Assembly (NCBI GenBank): GCA_965208615.1
Contig: CBDBPB010000004.1
Span: 416,001 to 480,000 of the forward strand
Origin: Spirochaetota bacterium
GTDB taxonomy: Bacteria; Spirochaetota; UBA6919; CBDBPB01
Direction: 5' to 3'
Length of the DNA stretch: 64,000 nt
Notes under the pieces: model-generated
The model's database searches: none
Told to the model about the DNA's origin: nothing
What the model saw: the letters and a program-made list of their open reading frames with translations, nothing else
Shown: positions 61,177 to 64,000 of the stretch, in pieces
How the letters are laid out: each line of letters starts with the position of its first letter
How positions within the stretch are numbered: position 1 is the stretch's first letter
Translations under genes and position numbers: made by a program

Positions 61177-61733
61177 GAGTTAAACTTGTTCATTCCGTAT
61201 TCAATGGATTCAGCAATTATACTTACTATAGCCTCAGCACCTCTATCAATAAAGCTGGATAAAGACTCTTTTTCTTTAAGACTAAAATGGGATAATACAT
61301 AATCTTTTACGTCACAAGCATTAACAGGTAATCCTACACCCAATCTAACCCGTGAGAACTCTTTAGTTTTAAGTTGTTCGATAATTGATTTAATCCCGTT
61401 ATGCCCGCCGTCAGAGCCTTTCTTTCTTATTCTAATAGAGCCAAAGTCTAGGTTTATATCATCGACTACAACTATTATATCATCAACAGGTATTTTATAA
61501 AATCTTACGAGATTATATATAGGTTCTCCACTTAGGTTCATGAAGGTTAATGGTTGTGCTAGTATTACGGTTTTTCCGTTAATAAAAGCTTTTGAATAAA
61601 TAGCATTAAATTTTTTTTTTGTCAAAGGTATTTGATATTTATATGCTAATCTAGATATAACCATAAAACCAAGATTATGACGATGATTTTTATACTTACT
61701 ACCTGGATTACCTAATCCTACAATTAGCTTCAT
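61173..61733 (-). CDS. pth: Peptidyl-tRNA hydrolase
   Basis: IVGLGNPG, RHNLGF, TFMNLSG, GGHNGIKS. Confidence 0.97.
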   Translation of the reverse strand: MKLIVGLGNPGSKYKNHRHNLGFMVISRLAYKYQIPLTKKKFNAIYSKAFINGKTVILAQPLTFMNLSGEPIYNLVRFYKIPVDDIIVVVDDINLDFGSIRIRKKGSDGGHNGIKSIIEQLKTKEFSRVRLGVGLPVNACDVKDYVLSHFSLKEKESLSSFIDRGAEAIVSIIAESIEYGMNKFNS

Positions 61734-62329
61734 TATTCATTATTAGAGGTTTCTTCTTTGTCCTCATCTTCCGTTTTTGTAGTTCTAGAGGCCATAACAG
61801 ATACAAGAGTCTGCTTCTTACTGGTTAAAACTCTAATATTGCTATCAAGCGTAAGTGACTCTATCCTAACACTATCCCCCACATCAAGGTTAGTTATATC
61901 CACTACAATAGAGTCTGGAATATCATTTGGAAAACACTCTATACTAACGGCATGCAGGGTATGTTCTAATACCCCTCCTTTTTTAATTCCTTTAGCTAAT
62001 CCGCTAAGGATTATTGGAATTTTTACTTTAACCTGTTTATCATTATTGACTTCAAAAAAGTCTACATGAATAATATGTTTTAATATAGGGTCTATGGCAT
62101 AATCTTTTACTAAGACTTTTTTATTATTATTTTCTATGTTCAAATCTATAGTAATATGTTTTGCAGTTTTATCAAGTATCTTTTCAAAAGTTACGGCATC
62201 CACACTTAATAACAAGTTTTGATTTTTACTGTAGCAAACACCGGGTATTCTACCATTTTTTCTTAGTTTATTCAAAAATCCTTTAGTTCCTATTTCTCTT
62301 TTTTCTGCCTTAAGTTTAATGGTTTCCAC
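61733..62329 (-). CDS. rplY: 50S ribosomal protein L25/Ctc
   Basis: LRKNGRIPGVCY, HVDF, GIKKGGVL, IPDSIVVDITNL. Confidence 0.95.
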   Translation of the reverse strand: METIKLKAEKREIGTKGFLNKLRKNGRIPGVCYSKNQNLLLSVDAVTFEKILDKTAKHITIDLNIENNNKKVLVKDYAIDPILKHIIHVDFFEVNNDKQVKVKIPIILSGLAKGIKKGGVLEHTLHAVSIECFPNDIPDSIVVDITNLDVGDSVRIESLTLDSNIRVLTSKKQTLVSVMASRTTKTEDEDKEETSNNE

Positions 62330-62627
62330 TTATCATCCTCCTAATATTGGTTAATCTATAAAGTTAATAATATTTTTATTAATTAATAATATATTTTCAT
62401 ATAGACTATGACATATTTTTCTATATTTGACTAGTTAAGATTAAGATAACATAAAAAAAGTCAAGGTAAGGTTTTTTTTGTCTTAGCTCACAGATTTATA
62501 GTACAAGCCTTTATGAAAAGATTAAAAAAGAGATAAGCTATTATAGATAAAGAGTTTTAACTAAAAAGTCTATTAATACTTGATTCTGAGCACTATGAGC
62601 AACTATAAAAGACCTTAATAATATGGT

Positions 62628-63998
62628 TTATACTGCATTATCATGTTCCAGCTCTTCAAGCTCTTCTTCAGGAAATTTTGTCTTTATATATTGATAATCT
62701 TTTATCCCTGTACCAGCAGGTATTAAATGACCAATTATAACATTTTCTTTTAGTCCTCTTAAATTATCAGTCTTTCCTTTTATTGCCGCATTAGTCAAAA
62801 CCTTAGTGGTCTCTTGAAAAGATGCCGCAGAAATAAAACTCTCTATATTAAGAGATGCTTTAGTAATACCTTGCAAAATAACCTTTGCAGTAGCAGGTTT
62901 ACCCCCCTCCTTAACAACAACATTATTTTTATCCCTAAAAACAAATTTATCAATTTGTTGTCCAATAATAAAATCTGTATCTCCAGCATCAGTAATCTCA
63001 ACCTTTCTAAGCATCTGACGTATTATAATACCAACATGCTTATCATTAATATTAACACCTTGAAGTCTATAAACTTCTTGTATCTCATTAACCAAATATT
63101 CCTGAAGCTTTTGATCACCCTCAATCTTAAGTATATCATGGGGGTTAACAGGCCCATCACAAAGTTGGTCTCCAACATTAACATAATCACCTTCACGTAC
63201 TAAAATACGTTTTCCACTAGGTATAACATGTTTCACACTGTCAATAAGCTCTTCACCTTCTTCGGATGTTAACCTCTGTTCAACCAAAATAACTGATTTT
63301 CCTTTTAGTTTGTCACCAAATTTAACAATGCCATCCTGTTCAGCTACTACACAGGCATCTTTTGGTTTTCGTGCCTCAAAAAGCTCAGTGATACGAGGTA
63401 AACCACCAGTAATATCCTTAGTCTTGGACTGCTCACGTGTTATTTTAGCAATAACATCTCCAGGTTTAATTTTATCATTTTCCTTAACAATAAGATGGGC
63501 TCCACCAGGTATAGAAATGCTAGTAAGCTCTTCTCCATTATCATTAACAATTAATACTCGCGGTATAAGACTACCATCCTTAACCTCCAGCACAATTCTA
63601 TCCCCAACTTTAGAGTCATAAGTTTTCTCAACTTTTAAAGTAGAACCAGGAATAATATCACTATATTTAATTGTACCAGCCAGCTCACTCAAAATAGGCT
63701 CATTATATGGATCAAACTCAGCAATAATCTCACCTTTTTTAACAAAATCCCCTTCTTTAATATATATTTTAGTTCCACTCTTAAGATTTATACTAGTCTC
63801 ACTACCCATAAGTAAAACTTTATCACTCTTAACCTGAACATGACAAACATTTTGTGACTTTATCTCACTATCGTCATTAGTAATACCAATAATATCACCA
63901 ATTAATATCCGTTCTCCATCTTTTACATAAACTTCTTTAAAATCCAATATAGAATATTCCATAATAACACTCTGAACAACAAGTTCACCCTTTCTACT
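62628..63998 (-). CDS. rpoC: RNA polymerase beta' subunit, C-terminal part (5' end outside the window)
   Basis: DITGGLPRITELFEAR, VYRLQGVNINDKH, SFISAASFQETT, GLKENVIIGHLIPAGTG. Confidence 0.98.
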   Translation of the reverse strand, partial: SRKGELVVQSVIMEYSILDFKEVYVKDGERILIGDIIGITNDDSEIKSQNVCHVQVKSDKVLLMGSETSINLKSGTKIYIKEGDFVKKGEIIAEFDPYNEPILSELAGTIKYSDIIPGSTLKVEKTYDSKVGDRIVLEVKDGSLIPRVLIVNDNGEELTSISIPGGAHLIVKENDKIKPGDVIAKITREQSKTKDITGGLPRITELFEARKPKDACVVAEQDGIVKFGDKLKGKSVILVEQRLTSEEGEELIDSVKHVIPSGKRILVREGDYVNVGDQLCDGPVNPHDILKIEGDQKLQEYLVNEIQEVYRLQGVNINDKHVGIIIRQMLRKVEITDAGDTDFIIGQQIDKFVFRDKNNVVVKEGGKPATAKVILQGITKASLNIESFISAASFQETTKVLTNAAIKGKTDNLRGLKENVIIGHLIPAGTGIKDYQYIKTKFPEEELEELEHDNAV

Positions 63999-64000
63999 CG

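Noticed and set aside
1-64000. CRISPR arrays, tRNA/rRNA genes, transposases, prophage genes
   Set aside because: No regularly spaced repeats, cloverleaf or rRNA-like GC-rich segments, or recognisable transposase, integrase or phage ORFs were seen by eye

Overview
AT-rich bacterial chromosomal segment, probably from a free-living spirochaete. This is inferred from the cheA-cheW(CheR fusion)-cheX-cheY operon, the rplY-pth-tilS-ftsH order and an Hk2/Rrp2-like pair. Most of the window is housekeeping and signalling genes: asd, class II RNR nrdJ, mfd, plsY, che genes, trpC, map, ahcY, dksA, UDG, glyA, lolCDE-type genes, ftsH, tilS, pth, rplY and the 3' end of rpoC. I found no transposase, CRISPR array, rRNA or tRNA. 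Several genes are broken by indels, concentrated at about 18.3-20.75 kb, which look like assembly errors. The most unusual signals are: (1) a roughly 180-nt multi-stem, pseudoknotted putative ncRNA at 56.85-57.03 kb, next to a roughly 135-bp dispersed repeat with a second inverted copy at 38.25-38.38 kb; (2) a protein with a CheC/FliM-like N-terminus and three tandem FliG_C-like repeats downstream of the che operon; (3) a catalytically dead RecQ-RQC-HRDC protein fused to an apparently intact ComF-type PRTase; (4) tandem-duplicated exported proteins with Arg/Gly/Ser-rich tails, one interrupted by an in-frame amber codon; (5) a Bacteroidetes-type serine palmitoyltransferase-like gene; (6) three ORFs missing or mis-started in the supplied track. 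All family assignments come from motif recognition by eye, not database searches.
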